A stretch of 64,000 nucleotides of DNA from Phycisphaerales bacterium (GCA_007693765.1 RECZ01000097.1:1862-65861); one strand, 5' to 3'. Positions 8,974-18,547 are shown, counted from the first letter of the stretch. The notes: generated by a model not told the origin, from the sequence alone. Numbers and translations: made by a program.

Positions 8974-9725
8974 GACCGGCCCCCGGCGCTCTGCACGATG
9001 AGCGACTTCATCTCCCGCACCGCCTCGCGCACCCCCACGAACACCGCCCGGCTCACGATCGCGTGCCCGATGTGCAGTTCCCACACACCCTCCATCGCCG
9101 CGATCGGCCCGACGTTCACGTAGTTTAGGGCGTGCCCGGCGTTGAACCGCATCCCCGCCTCACGCACGATGCGCCCGGCATGCTCGATGCGCTCGATCTC
9201 GGCGTGCAGCCCGGCGTTGCGGCGGTCCCCCCCGGCCGCGTGGTAGAGTCGCGCGTACGGGCCGGTGTGGATCTCGCACGCGTCGAACCCCGCCTCGGCG
9301 CTCGCCTCGATCTGGTCGGCGTCGGCCTCGACGAACGCCGACACCATGACCCCCTTCTCGTGCAGGCTCGCCACCACATCGCGCAGCCGGTCGAGCCCCG
9401 AGCGCACGTCCAGCCCGCCCTCGGTGGTGATCTCCATGCGACCCTCGGGCACCAGCGTCGCCATCGCGGGCACGATGCCCCGGGCCATGGCGAGCATCTC
9501 GTCCGTCGCGGCCATCTCCAGGTTCAGTTTCGTCTGCACCGTGGCCCGCAACACCTCGACGTCGCGGTCTTGCGCGTGCCGCCGGTCCTCGCGCAGATGC
9601 ACCGTGATCGCGTCCGCGCCGCCCAGTTCCGCCTCGTGCGCAGCGCCGACGGGGTCCGGCTCCGTCCCCCGACGCGCCTGCCGCAGCGTGGCGACGTGGT
9701 CGATGTTCACTCCGAGATTGGCCAT
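8970..9725 (-). CDS. pdxJ: Pyridoxine 5'-phosphate synthase
   Basis: MANLGVNIDHVATLRQARRGTEPDP...ITVHLREDRRH...LNLEMA...FNAGHALNY...ELHIGHAIV is the canonical PdxJ motif set. ATG at 9725. Confidence 0.92.
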   Translation of the reverse strand: MANLGVNIDHVATLRQARRGTEPDPVGAAHEAELGGADAITVHLREDRRHAQDRDVEVLRATVQTKLNLEMAATDEMLAMARGIVPAMATLVPEGRMEITTEGGLDVRSGLDRLRDVVASLHEKGVMVSAFVEADADQIEASAEAGFDACEIHTGPYARLYHAAGGDRRNAGLHAEIERIEHAGRIVREAGMRFNAGHALNYVNVGPIAAMEGVWELHIGHAIVSRAVFVGVREAVREMKSLIVQSAGGRS

Positions 9726-9774
9726 AGGCACACGATAGCCCGTACGACGCACTGCCGGGCCACCACCTCGCCCC

Positions 9775-10746
9775 TCACCCCCGCAGCCCCTCCACCACTT
9801 CCGGCAGCAGGTCCGCCAGCTCCATCGCCAGCATGCCCCCGCTCGCGTCGCTGTGCGACCCCGACCACGCCGCCGCGGCCAGCGCGTGCGCCCGCACACC
9901 CAGCCGTGCGCAGTCGTATAGGCTCAGCCCGCCCATGCGCTCGCTGGTGACGGTGCGCGAGCCCGCGACGATCGGCTTGCGGTGGTGCTGCGCGATCAGC
10001 CCCGCGATGGCGCCCGTGAGCACGTCGCCCGTGCCCGCGGTGGCGAGGCACGCGTTCTCGTGCTCGTCGATCCACGCCCGGTGACCATCGCTCACCACCG
10101 TGCGCGCGCCCTTGAGCACAACCACGCACCCCAGCGACTGCGCCATGCGCTCCGCGGCGCCGACGCGCGCACCGTCATCGCCCGTCGGGTCGCCCGCGAC
10201 GCCCAGCGCGTCCGCCAGCCGCCGGAACTCGCCCGGGTGGGGCGTGAACACCGCGCCCGCGCGCAGGTCGCGCCGCAACTCGGGCACATCGCACAGGTTG
10301 TTGATCGCGTCCGCGTCCACGACGACGGGGCAATCCTCCTGCCCCACAGCGCGCACCGCCGCGGCCCGCGCGCCTTCTCCCACGCCCAGCCCCGGCCCGA
10401 TCGCCAGGCAGTCGGACGCGAGCGCGACCTCGTCGATCACGCGCGCCGCCTCGTGCCCGACAATCTGCCCGTCCCGGTCCACCGGCACGCACACGCCCGT
10501 CGCGGAGGGCGCGATCGTCAGGCCCGCGTCGAGCACCGGCTCCGGCATCGCCAGCCGCGCCAGACCGGCGCCCACGCGCAACGCCGCGATCGCGCTCAGC
10601 GCCGGCCCGCCGATCATGCGCGACCGCAACGCCGGGCCCTCGCTCGCGCCCACGGCGCACCCGCCGAAGACGCACACCGTGCCGAACGTCCCCTTGTGCC
10701 CGCGCGCATCGCGGGGCGGCAGTATGGGCAATGCGTCGCTGTCCAT
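9775..10746 (-). CDS. ADP/ATP-dependent NAD(P)H-hydrate dehydratase (YjeF C-terminal type; no epimerase domain)
   Basis: HKGTFGTVCVFGG, AIGPGLG, VVDADAIN, TPHPGEF, LKGARTVV, ATAGTGDVLTGAIAGL. Start MDSDALPILPPRD at 10746. Confidence 0.88.
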   Translation of the reverse strand: MDSDALPILPPRDARGHKGTFGTVCVFGGCAVGASEGPALRSRMIGGPALSAIAALRVGAGLARLAMPEPVLDAGLTIAPSATGVCVPVDRDGQIVGHEAARVIDEVALASDCLAIGPGLGVGEGARAAAVRAVGQEDCPVVVDADAINNLCDVPELRRDLRAGAVFTPHPGEFRRLADALGVAGDPTGDDGARVGAAERMAQSLGCVVVLKGARTVVSDGHRAWIDEHENACLATAGTGDVLTGAIAGLIAQHHRKPIVAGSRTVTSERMGGLSLYDCARLGVRAHALAAAAWSGSHSDASGGMLAMELADLLPEVVEGLRG

Positions 10747-10796
10747 ACGCGCATGGTACCTCCCCCGCGCCACCGACCCCGGACATCCCGATCCCC

Positions 10797-10892
10797 GTGC
10801 CACCGACTTCGACCGGCACGGTCGAAGTCGGTGCTCTGCGGTTTCCCGATGGAACGAAGAACACCGATTTCACGTCGTGAAATCGGTGGCAC
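10797..10892. repeat. Nested-palindrome repeat element, copy 1 (two hairpin modules bounded by GTGCCACCGA...TCGGTGGCAC)
   Basis: Left module GTGCCACCGACTTCGACCGGCACGGTCGAAGTCGGTG; spacer ctctgcggtttcccgatggaacgaagaa; right module CACCGATTTCACGTCGTGAAATCGGTGGCAC. It lies between the transglutaminase-like gene's 3' end and the NAD(P)HX dehydratase start. Confidence 0.8.
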
Positions 10893-10937
10893 GGGTGGGC
10901 CACAGAACGATCACGAGCCCCCCCCGGGACGCCCGCC

Positions 10938-12446
10938 TCATTCCACCCGTTCCACCACAATCTCCAGCCCTCCCAGCAGCGGCGCGAGGCTCGCCATGGT
11001 GTTGAACTCGTCGTCCGCGGCCATCGCCGAGACCGCCATCGCGATGTGCGTCGCGTCCGTCGGGGTGCGGTCGTCGAGGGTCGCGTCGAGGTCCACCCAG
11101 CGCGGGCCGTCGCCCGTGTCGAGCAGCGCCTGCGTCCACATGTGGAACCCGAAGACGCCCTCTCGCCCGATGAACTCGTCCACGTACAGCACCCCCGACA
11201 CCACGCGGCTCGGGATGCCCTCCGCGCGCAGCAGCGCCGCCAGCAGCACGCCGTGCTCCGTGCAATCGCCCTGCCTCGTGCGCGCCGTCTCGGACGCGGT
11301 CGCGAAGCCCACGTCCAGCGATTTCGCGTCGATGTAGGCGTATACGAAGCGCCGCATTCGCTCCGCGCGCACGTGCGCCGGCTCGCCCGCGACCGGCTTC
11401 ACCGCTTCGCGCGCCAGTTCGACGATCTTCGGGTCCGTCGCGTCGATCATGCGCGAGGAGCCGAGGTACGCCGCGTCGTCCGCGTCGGCGCCCGCCGCGA
11501 GCCGCGGCGAGGTCAGGTCCACCACCACCCGCGCGCTGCGCCCGTCGAGGCGCTCCACGCGCTGCACGCCAGTCTCGGGCAGGTCGGGCATCTCACCCTG
11601 ACGCAGCCGCAGCACGTACGCCCCCGTGCGCACGCCCCGCGCCCCACGGATGGGCCGGTCCGGAGTGACGAGCGTGCTGGCGAGCAGCTCCGGCGCGGGC
11701 ACGTCCGCCGTGGCGACGGCCCTGTCGCTGGCGAGCATCTCCACCACGATGCCGCCCATGTCGGTTGTGCCGCGCACGAGTTCGCCCGACGCATCGAGAA
11801 ACTCCACGCTCTCAACGCCCGGAAAACTGTCGATCGTCACCACCCACTCGCTCGCGGGCACCACCTTGCCCATCGCCTCCACCGGGCCCTGCCCGCGCAG
11901 GCGACGTGTGCTGGTCACGGCCCGCAGACCCTGCGAGGGGTCGAGCGTGGTGACGCTGATCTCCTCCGCCCCGGCCTCCATCTGCTCCCGCGCCGCCCGG
12001 GCCGCGGCGCCGGGCGCCAGCCAGTCGCCCTCCGGCGTCGGCTCGAAGCGGGCCGTGCGTCGCCCGCCCTGCTCGTCGACGACCTCCACGCCCTCACCGG
12101 TGAAGCGCCACGTCGTGACCAGCGGCGCCGCACCGAGTTGCTGCTCCGAGCGCATGGTGCGGAGCTCCCCCGCGGCGCTCTCCACGCTCTCGGTCAGCAC
12201 CACGAGCCGCACGACGATCGCGCCCCGCGCGATCCGCAGGCGCATCTCGGAGGCGATGCGCACGTCCCCTTCCGGCGTCGTCTCCTCGACGCTCTTCATC
12301 CACCCCGCCTGCTCGCCCATCATGCGCACGACGTACCACCGCTCCTCGACCCCCGCGCCCGCGGCGGCGCCGAACACACACAACGCCGCGACAGACGCCA
12401 ACGCGATGCAGCGGGCGGCGTGTTCGAACTTCGATCCTGTGCGCAC
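10938..12446 (-). CDS. Secreted transglutaminase-like (Cys-His-Asp) domain protein
   Basis: GTG start after GGGAG. Signal MRTGSKFEHAARCIALASVAALCVFGAAAG. C-terminal core RTRQGDCTEHGVLLAALLRAEGIPSRVVSG...FGFHMWTQALL...RWVDLDAT. Confidence 0.8.
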   Translation of the reverse strand: MRTGSKFEHAARCIALASVAALCVFGAAAGAGVEERWYVVRMMGEQAGWMKSVEETTPEGDVRIASEMRLRIARGAIVVRLVVLTESVESAAGELRTMRSEQQLGAAPLVTTWRFTGEGVEVVDEQGGRRTARFEPTPEGDWLAPGAAARAAREQMEAGAEEISVTTLDPSQGLRAVTSTRRLRGQGPVEAMGKVVPASEWVVTIDSFPGVESVEFLDASGELVRGTTDMGGIVVEMLASDRAVATADVPAPELLASTLVTPDRPIRGARGVRTGAYVLRLRQGEMPDLPETGVQRVERLDGRSARVVVDLTSPRLAAGADADDAAYLGSSRMIDATDPKIVELAREAVKPVAGEPAHVRAERMRRFVYAYIDAKSLDVGFATASETARTRQGDCTEHGVLLAALLRAEGIPSRVVSGVLYVDEFIGREGVFGFHMWTQALLDTGDGPRWVDLDATLDDRTPTDATHIAMAVSAMAADDEFNTMASLAPLLGGLEIVVERVE

Positions 12447-12582
12447 GAAAGGCTCCCTGAGTACGGTGCAAAAGGAATCGTCCCGGGCCGCGTTCCACTT
12501 TCGACCCTGCGTCGGACCATACCGGCCCTCCCCCTCCGACGCTGCGGCGGGCCCCGGGTTTCCCGATTACCCTCCACGCCTC

Positions 12583-13371
12583 ATGCTCGACACCCACTGC
12601 CACCTCACCTTCCCCGACTACGAGGGCGCCGTCGATCGCGTCCTCGCCGACGCCGCCGCGGCCGGCGTCACCGGCGCCATCACCATCTCGACCACGACGC
12701 AGGACTGCATCGAAGCGCTCGCCATCGCCGCATCGCACGAGAACGTCTGGTGCAGCGCCGGCGTCCACCCGCTCTACGCCGACCGCACGCCGCACAAATG
12801 GGGCAACCTCAAGCACGTCGCCCGACACGAAAAGTGCGTCGCGTGGGGTGAACTGGGCCTGGACAACCACTACACCAACCCGCCGCGCGAGCTCCAGCGC
12901 AGCGTGCTGGAGGAGCAACTGGCGTTCATCGAGTCGTGTGCCCGCGAGGGGATCGACCTGCCCGTGATCCTGCACTGCCGCGAGGCGTTCAAGGACCTGA
13001 TCCCGGTCCTGGAAGCGACCACCCTCGACCCCGCCCGCTTCGTCTTCCACTGCTTCACCGGCGCCCCGGACGACATGCGCATGCTGCTCGACTTCGGCGC
13101 CCACGTCTCCTTCACCGGCGTCGTCACCTACCCCAACGCCCCCGAGGTGCGCGAGGCCGCCCTGCTCGCACCCCTCGACCGGATCATGCTCGAGACCGAC
13201 GCCCCCTTCCTCACCCCTGCCCCCCACCGCGGCGTCCGCCCCAACGCCCCCAAATACGCCCGCGTCACAGCAGAGTTCCTCGCCAACCTGCGCGGCGAGC
13301 GGTGGGACGACTTCCACGCACAGATCAACGAAAACACCTCGCGCTTCTTCGGGATACAGAACGTGCGGTGA
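12583..13371 (+). CDS. tatD: TatD-family metal-dependent hydrolase/DNase
   Basis: MLDTHCHLTFPDYEG..., SAGVHP, AWGELGLD, LPVILHCREA, FHCFTG, SFTGVVTY, LETDAPFLTP. Confidence 0.9.
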   Translation: MLDTHCHLTFPDYEGAVDRVLADAAAAGVTGAITISTTTQDCIEALAIAASHENVWCSAGVHPLYADRTPHKWGNLKHVARHEKCVAWGELGLDNHYTNPPRELQRSVLEEQLAFIESCAREGIDLPVILHCREAFKDLIPVLEATTLDPARFVFHCFTGAPDDMRMLLDFGAHVSFTGVVTYPNAPEVREAALLAPLDRIMLETDAPFLTPAPHRGVRPNAPKYARVTAEFLANLRGERWDDFHAQINENTSRFFGIQNVR

Positions 13372-13422
13372 GCGCCGCTGCTCCGGGCCCCACGCCTCCG
13401 GGTGTCATTCCTCCGGGTGCCA

Positions 13423-13445
13423 CACTGCAGCCGCAGGCTGCGGTG
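13423..13445 (+). terminator. Weak hairpin downstream of tatD
   Basis: CACTGCAGC-cgcag-GCTGCGGTG forms a 9-bp stem including one G.U pair. It is followed by ctcttctccc, a poor U tract. Confidence 0.25.
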
Positions 13446-13560
13446 TGCTCTTCTCCCAAGTACCCATCTCACCACCGATCGTCGTTCGTTCCTGTTGGGC
13501 ACTACGCCTGACCACGCGGCTGCAGGCATGTCGGATCCATTCTGCGTGTCGGACGCTCAA

Positions 13561-13588
13561 CCACTGCTGACCCGCGGGTCAGCAGTGG
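13561..13588. promoter_or_regulatory. Perfect 28-bp palindrome 63 nt upstream of trpE (candidate operator or leader hairpin)
   Basis: CCACTGCTGACCCG|CGGGTCAGCAGTGG, with 14-nt arms that are exact reverse complements. Confidence 0.4.
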
Positions 13589-13650
13589 CACCCGGATTCA
13601 GGCTCGATCGCCCATCACACAACCCACCTCCCCGCCGTACACTCGCCGTC

Positions 13651-15249
13651 ATGCCCAGCGTCACCCGTGAGGAATTCGTGCGACTGGTCGGCCGCGAGCG
13701 GCGCGCCGAGGGGGAGACGCTCCTCGTCCCCGTCGGCGTCCGACTGCTCAGCGACCACCTCACCCCCGTGGGCGCGTACCGGCGCCTCGTTGCGCCCGAT
13801 GAACGCACCGCCCCCTCGTTCCTGCTCGAATCTGTCGAGAACGGCGAGCGCCAGGGGCGCCACTCCCTGCTCGGCGCCCAGCCCTCGATCGAGGTCGTCG
13901 CCTACGCCAACGACGTCCGCATCACCGACCACCGCGCCGGCGAAACAACCACCTCGCGCGAGGCCGACCCCCTCGCCACTGTCCGCGCCGTCTCGCGCGC
14001 GTGGCGCTTCGTCGAACCCCCGAGCGTGCGCGGCCACGAGCTCCCCTCGTGCGCGCTGGGCGGGTGGTTCGGGTGGGCGTCGTACGACAGTGTGCGCTAC
14101 GCCGAGCCCGACAAGCTCACCCTCGACAACGCCCCGCCCGACGACCGGCGCCTCCCCGACGTCCACTTCGCGTGGCACGACGGCGCCGTCGTCTTCGATC
14201 ACGTGGACAAGCTCGCCCACGTCGTGCGACTGGCGCGCGTCGGCCCGGGAGACGACCCCGGCGGCGCGTACGACGCCGCGATCGACGCCATCGAGCGCAC
14301 CGTCGGCGCCCTCCAGGGCGAAGGCCCCCGCCTCGCCTGCGGGCGCGTGGAGCGCGACGCGTCCCCGCCGGGCGAACTCCGCTCCAACATCACGCGCGAA
14401 CAGCACGCCGGCATGGTCGCCCGCGCGCAGGAGTACATCCGCGCCGGCGACATCTTCCAGGTCGTGATCGGCCAGCGCTTCGAGCGCGTCAGCCCCGCGG
14501 ACCCGTTCGACGTCTACCGCGCCCTGCGCGCCGTGAACCCCAGCCCCTACATGGTGTACATGCAGGGCGAGGGGTGCATCCTCGTCGCCTCCAGCCCCGA
14601 GATCCTCTGCCGCGTGGCGCGCGGGCCGTGCGGGGAGTGGGTCGTGACCAACCGCCCCCTCGCGGGCACGCGCCGTCGCGGCGCCACGCCCGAGGAGGAC
14701 GCCGCCCTCGAACGCGAACTCCTCGCCGACGAAAAAGAGCGCGCCGAGCACGTCATGCTCGTCGACCTCGGTCGCAACGACGTCGGGCGCGTCGCGGAGC
14801 CGGGCACGATCGACCTGCCCGCGCTCATGGAGATCGAGCGCTACAGCCACGTCATGCACATCAGCTCGACCGTCACCGGCGCGTTGCGCGATGGCCTCGA
14901 CTGCTGGGACGCCCTCCGCGCCACACTCCCCGTGGGCACCATCTCCGGCGCGCCCAAGATCCGTGCCATGCAGATCATCGACGAACTCGAGCCCGTCCGG
15001 CGCGGGCCCTACGGCGGCGGCATGGGCTACATCGCCCCCGACGGCCGCATGGACATCGCCCTCGCCCTGCGCACCATCGTTGTCCCCACCACGATGCGCA
15101 GGGACGACGCGTGGATGTACCACCTGCAGGCCGCGGGCGGCATCGTGGCCGACTCGAAAGCCGACGACGAGTTTCAGGAGACCGTCAACAAGGCCGCGGC
15201 CCTGGCGCGCGCGATCGACCTCGCCGAGCGCGCCTTCCCGCCGGCGTGA
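13651..15249 (+). CDS. trpE: Anthranilate synthase component I
   Basis: MPSVTREEFVRL...LLSDHLTPVGAYRRL...FLLESVE...SPYMVYM...GTRRRG...ADEKERAEHVMLVDLGRND...ISGAPKIRAMQIIDELE...RGPYGG. ATG at 13651. Confidence 0.92.
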   Translation: MPSVTREEFVRLVGRERRAEGETLLVPVGVRLLSDHLTPVGAYRRLVAPDERTAPSFLLESVENGERQGRHSLLGAQPSIEVVAYANDVRITDHRAGETTTSREADPLATVRAVSRAWRFVEPPSVRGHELPSCALGGWFGWASYDSVRYAEPDKLTLDNAPPDDRRLPDVHFAWHDGAVVFDHVDKLAHVVRLARVGPGDDPGGAYDAAIDAIERTVGALQGEGPRLACGRVERDASPPGELRSNITREQHAGMVARAQEYIRAGDIFQVVIGQRFERVSPADPFDVYRALRAVNPSPYMVYMQGEGCILVASSPEILCRVARGPCGEWVVTNRPLAGTRRRGATPEEDAALERELLADEKERAEHVMLVDLGRNDVGRVAEPGTIDLPALMEIERYSHVMHISSTVTGALRDGLDCWDALRATLPVGTISGAPKIRAMQIIDELEPVRRGPYGGGMGYIAPDGRMDIALALRTIVVPTTMRRDDAWMYHLQAAGGIVADSKADDEFQETVNKAAALARAIDLAERAFPPA

Positions 15250-15333
15250 CGGCGCATGGGACGGCGCGAACGCGCAGAACAGCGCACGCCACACGTCAGC
15301 GCGCGACGACACGGACCGGCGGCGGCCGCCCGG

Positions 15334-15603
15334 TCAGAGCGTTTCTTTGAGCTGTTGCGACGCTCGGAAGCCCACGGTCTTGCTCGGGCCGATCACCATC
15401 CGCTCGCGCGTCGCCGGGTTGACGCCCTCGCGCGCCGCCCGCTGCTTCTTCTCGAAGCAGCCGAACCCCGCGATGGTCACCTTCCGCTCGGTGCGCACAC
15501 CGTCGGCGATGTTCTTGATCACCGCCTCCACGACCCGGCTCGCCGTTGTTTTGCTCTCGCCGAGATCACGAGCCACGCGTTCGATTAGATCCGACTTATT
15601 CAT
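15334..15603 (-). CDS. HU/IHF-family nucleoid-associated DNA-binding protein
   Basis: MNKSDLIERVARDLGESKTTASRVVEAVIKNIADGV...VTIAGFGCFEKKQRAAREGVNPATRERMVIGPSKTVGFRASQQLKE. Confidence 0.92.
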   Translation of the reverse strand: MNKSDLIERVARDLGESKTTASRVVEAVIKNIADGVRTERKVTIAGFGCFEKKQRAAREGVNPATRERMVIGPSKTVGFRASQQLKETL

Positions 15604-15820
15604 GCCAAAGAACTCCCACCGGCGGGCACGGGGGACACGACGCCACGAGACAACTCCGCCCCGAAACGCCAACGTTGTTCTTTCTCCCACCACGTAGTTT
15701 CCGAAGCCCGCCTAGGCCCACGAGGGTACCACCCCCGCCCTCCCCCCGCAATAAGGAGGGGAGGATTTTCCTCGATTCTGCCGATCTTTCTCTCTACCAT
15801 CCCCTGACGGACGCACCGCC

Positions 15821-16204
15821 ATGAACGACCAAGCCCCCGCGACGACCCAGACCCCCAAAGTCACCCCCGCCACCCGCACCGACGCCCGGCCGCGGCCCAA
15901 GCGGCAGTGGCTCTGGAACGTCGTGCTCCTCGACGACGACCACCACACCGACGTCTACGTCGTCCGCATGATGCAGGAGCTCTTCCACAAGAAGCCCGCC
16001 GACGGCCTCCGCGTCGCCGTCGAGGTCGACACCCAGGGCCGGGCCGTCTGCCTGACGACCCACAAAGAGCTCGCCGAACTGAAGCGCGATCAGATCCACG
16101 CCTACGGGCGCGACCCGCTCATCGCCTCCTGCGCCGGCGCCATGCGCGCCGTCATCGAACCCGCCGAGGGTTCGGGCGACGACGACCCCGACAACCGCGA
16201 CTGA
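15821..16204 (+). CDS. clpS: ATP-dependent Clp protease adaptor ClpS-like
   Basis: The core WLWNVVLLDDDHHTDVYVVRMMQELFHKKPADGLRVAVEVDTQGRAVCLTTHKELAELKRDQI matches the ClpS fold pattern. The N-terminus is disordered. Confidence 0.75.
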   Translation: MNDQAPATTQTPKVTPATRTDARPRPKRQWLWNVVLLDDDHHTDVYVVRMMQELFHKKPADGLRVAVEVDTQGRAVCLTTHKELAELKRDQIHAYGRDPLIASCAGAMRAVIEPAEGSGDDDPDNRD

Positions 16205-16293
16205 CCAACAGGCGCACGCCGCGCCCCGCGCCCCCCACGCGCGCCCGCCGCCCAACCGGTATCCTCGCGCCCCCGCACGGAGCGCACCCCGCC

Positions 16294-17265
16294 ATGCCGC
16301 CCTCACCCTCCCAACGCCCGCTCGTGATCCAGACCGAGCGCCTCGACGAGGCCGCCGCGGCGTGGCTCGAGCAGCGCTGCGAACTCGTCGTCTGCGACCC
16401 CGCGGACGACTCCTTCGGCCCCCTGCTGGCCCGCGCGCACGCCCTGGTCATCCGAACCTACACCCGGGTCGACGAGGCCCTGCTCGAGCGGGCGCCGAAC
16501 CTGCGCGTCGTCGGTCGCGCCGGCGTGGGGCTGGACAACGTGGACGTCAAGGCGTGCGCCGACCGGGGCGTGACCGTCGTCTCCACGCCCGACGCCAACA
16601 CCCGCGCCGTGATCGAATACGTGGGCGCCGCGATGCTCGACCACGTGCGCCCCCGCCCCGCCGTCGAGCGGGCGCTGCCCGCGGACGCGTGGCGCCGCCT
16701 CCGCGACGAGGCCATCGGCGAACGCCAACTGAGCGACCGCACGCTGGGGATCTACGGCCTCGGCCGCGTCGGCACGGGCGTGGCGCGGCTGGGGGCGGCC
16801 TTCAACATGCACGTCATCTACCACGACCTGCTCGACATCCCCGAAGACGCCCGCCACGGCGCCGAACCGGTGGACCGCGACACGCTGCTCTTCGACGCAG
16901 ACATCCTCACGATCCACGTCGACGGGCGCGCCGCGAACCGCGGCCTCATCGACGCCGACGCGATCCGCCACTGGAAAGACGACATCCTCTTCATCAACGC
17001 CAGCCGCGGCTTCGTGGTGGACGCCCACGCCCTCGCCGAATTCCTGCGCGCCTCGCCCGAGGCCGGCGCCGTGCTCGACGTCCACGAGCCCGAACCCTTC
17101 GGCGACGACTACCCCCTCCTCGGCCTGCCCAACGCCCGCCTCACCCCCCACATCGGCGCCGCGACCGAGACGGCCCACCGCAACATGAGCATGGTGGTGC
17201 GCGACGTCTGGCGCGTGCTCAACGGCGAACGCCCGGAGCACCCGGCGTCGGCGCGGGTGGAATAA
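16294..17265 (+). CDS. D-isomer-specific 2-hydroxyacid dehydrogenase (phosphoglycerate dehydrogenase-like)
   Basis: RVVGRAGVGLDNVDV, GIYGLGRVGTGVARL (NAD-binding motif), INASRG, TPHIGAAT. ATG at 16294. Confidence 0.85.
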   Translation: MPPSPSQRPLVIQTERLDEAAAAWLEQRCELVVCDPADDSFGPLLARAHALVIRTYTRVDEALLERAPNLRVVGRAGVGLDNVDVKACADRGVTVVSTPDANTRAVIEYVGAAMLDHVRPRPAVERALPADAWRRLRDEAIGERQLSDRTLGIYGLGRVGTGVARLGAAFNMHVIYHDLLDIPEDARHGAEPVDRDTLLFDADILTIHVDGRAANRGLIDADAIRHWKDDILFINASRGFVVDAHALAEFLRASPEAGAVLDVHEPEPFGDDYPLLGLPNARLTPHIGAATETAHRNMSMVVRDVWRVLNGERPEHPASARVE

Positions 17266-17289
17266 GAACAATTCTAACGTTCGTAATGT

Positions 17290-17595
17290 TTATTCTTTGC
17301 TAGGGTCGTACGCATTAAAGTTGCCAAACAGCGGCGTTCCGTTCGCCCCGACTTCCTTGACTGCTTCGCGGGTTTCGTCGTCGTAGCGTGACAGGTGGGC
17401 AAAGGTCACGAGCTGGATTCCGTCAACCTCTAGGATTTTATATCCTAACTCAACGAGCACGGCGCATGCGCGATCGACGGCGTCTTGCGAGTTCTCGCCC
17501 GCCGAAAACGCGTTGCAGAACGCATGGGTAAAAGCGTCCTCGGCTTGATCGCCGAGATCTACTTCGATCAACATGACATACACAGACCTAGGCAT
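17290..17595 (-). CDS. Hypothetical small protein (low-GC islet ORFan C)
   Basis: 101-aa ORF MPRSVYVMLIEVDLGDQAEDAFTHAFCNAFSAGENSQDAVDRACAVLVELGYKILEVDG... with a protein-like composition. I recognise no family. Confidence 0.55.
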   Translation of the reverse strand: MPRSVYVMLIEVDLGDQAEDAFTHAFCNAFSAGENSQDAVDRACAVLVELGYKILEVDGIQLVTFAHLSRYDDETREAVKEVGANGTPLFGNFNAYDPSKE

Positions 17596-17654
17596 TGTGA
17601 TTTGTTTCGGGATTGCTTGTGCTGTCGGCGTTAATGACGCTATTGAATGGCTAA

Positions 17655-17927
17655 CTATTTGCTTGCAACCGTCCAGCCGAACTCACCCTTGAAGTCCTCG
17701 AAACACTCAGAGCAGATCCAGCGAGAATAGCCGCCTAGGGTGGTATAGCCATTATGAAGATCGCCGTCCTGCGGTGAAAATTTTGCTCCACAAAACTCGC
17801 AGTGATCGTGATCCCACGTATCGCTAGGAGGGGTGTAGTCCTTTGCGACGAGAGAAATGCCCATCAAGTACTTCTCTTGCCCTTGTCTCCGCCAATCGTC
17901 CGGGGCCGCGCCGTGTGTGTCCGCCAT
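17655..17927 (-). CDS. Hypothetical small Cys/His protein (low-GC islet ORFan B)
   Basis: GAGGA lies 7 nt upstream of ATG 17927. MADTHGAAPDDWRRQGQEKYL...WDHDHCEFCGAKF...WICSECFEDFKGEFGW has paired CxxC motifs suggesting a zinc ribbon. Confidence 0.6.
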   Translation of the reverse strand: MADTHGAAPDDWRRQGQEKYLMGISLVAKDYTPPSDTWDHDHCEFCGAKFSPQDGDLHNGYTTLGGYSRWICSECFEDFKGEFGWTVASK

Positions 17928-18014
17928 GATTGATCCTCGCATGTCGTTGATTGGGGATGTCCTCACCACGCCGCGGCTACGGCCCTTGGAACCATGAGCA
18001 TCGTGGATCGCCGG

Positions 18015-18467
18015 TCACGTCGCGCTCGACCCCCTCTCGATCCGAAAGACAAGTTTCGAGAAGTTCGTCTCAAAGCCGATGTCGTTGCAGCGGTAGCGCC
18101 TCCCGTTCGGAAGGTCCTCCACCAGCATGCCGGACGACCACGCTAGCGAACTTGGGCCTAAACCCCGGTCCCACATGTTGTACACGTGCATGCACCCGTT
18201 CTTCGTGCGGCATTCGATCAGGACTTCCTTGGGGGCATTGTCTTGCCAGAGGACGGCGCTGGGGCACTCCTGCTCGTTGATGATCAGGCCCATGTCCGTT
18301 TTGAGCCACGCCCCTTGCCGCCAGGGCGAGTCCGTGCTCTCGAACGTGAGCGTGAGCAACTCTCCGTCGCTGACCGGGAAGAGATCGATCTTCACGACGT
18401 CGTCGCGGCCCCGCTCCTTGAAGGCGTTGCTGTAGATTCTTTCCAGGGGAAGATCTCGCTTGCTCAA
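18015..18467 (-). CDS. Hypothetical protein (low-GC islet ORFan A)
   Basis: 150-aa ORF MSKRDLPLERIYSNAFKERGRDDVVKIDLFPVSDGELLTLTFESTDSPWRQGAWLK...CMHVYNMWDRGLG...RYRCNDIGFETNFSKLVFRIERG. I recognise no family. Confidence 0.6.
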   Translation of the reverse strand: MSKRDLPLERIYSNAFKERGRDDVVKIDLFPVSDGELLTLTFESTDSPWRQGAWLKTDMGLIINEQECPSAVLWQDNAPKEVLIECRTKNGCMHVYNMWDRGLGPSSLAWSSGMLVEDLPNGRRYRCNDIGFETNFSKLVFRIERGSSAT

Positions 18468-18547
18468 GTTCGCCTCCCGAAGTCGCCCGGCCGCACTGCA
18501 TCATCGCCGCCGTCGCTGTTGATGTTACACCCCCCGCCGGGCCGCGC

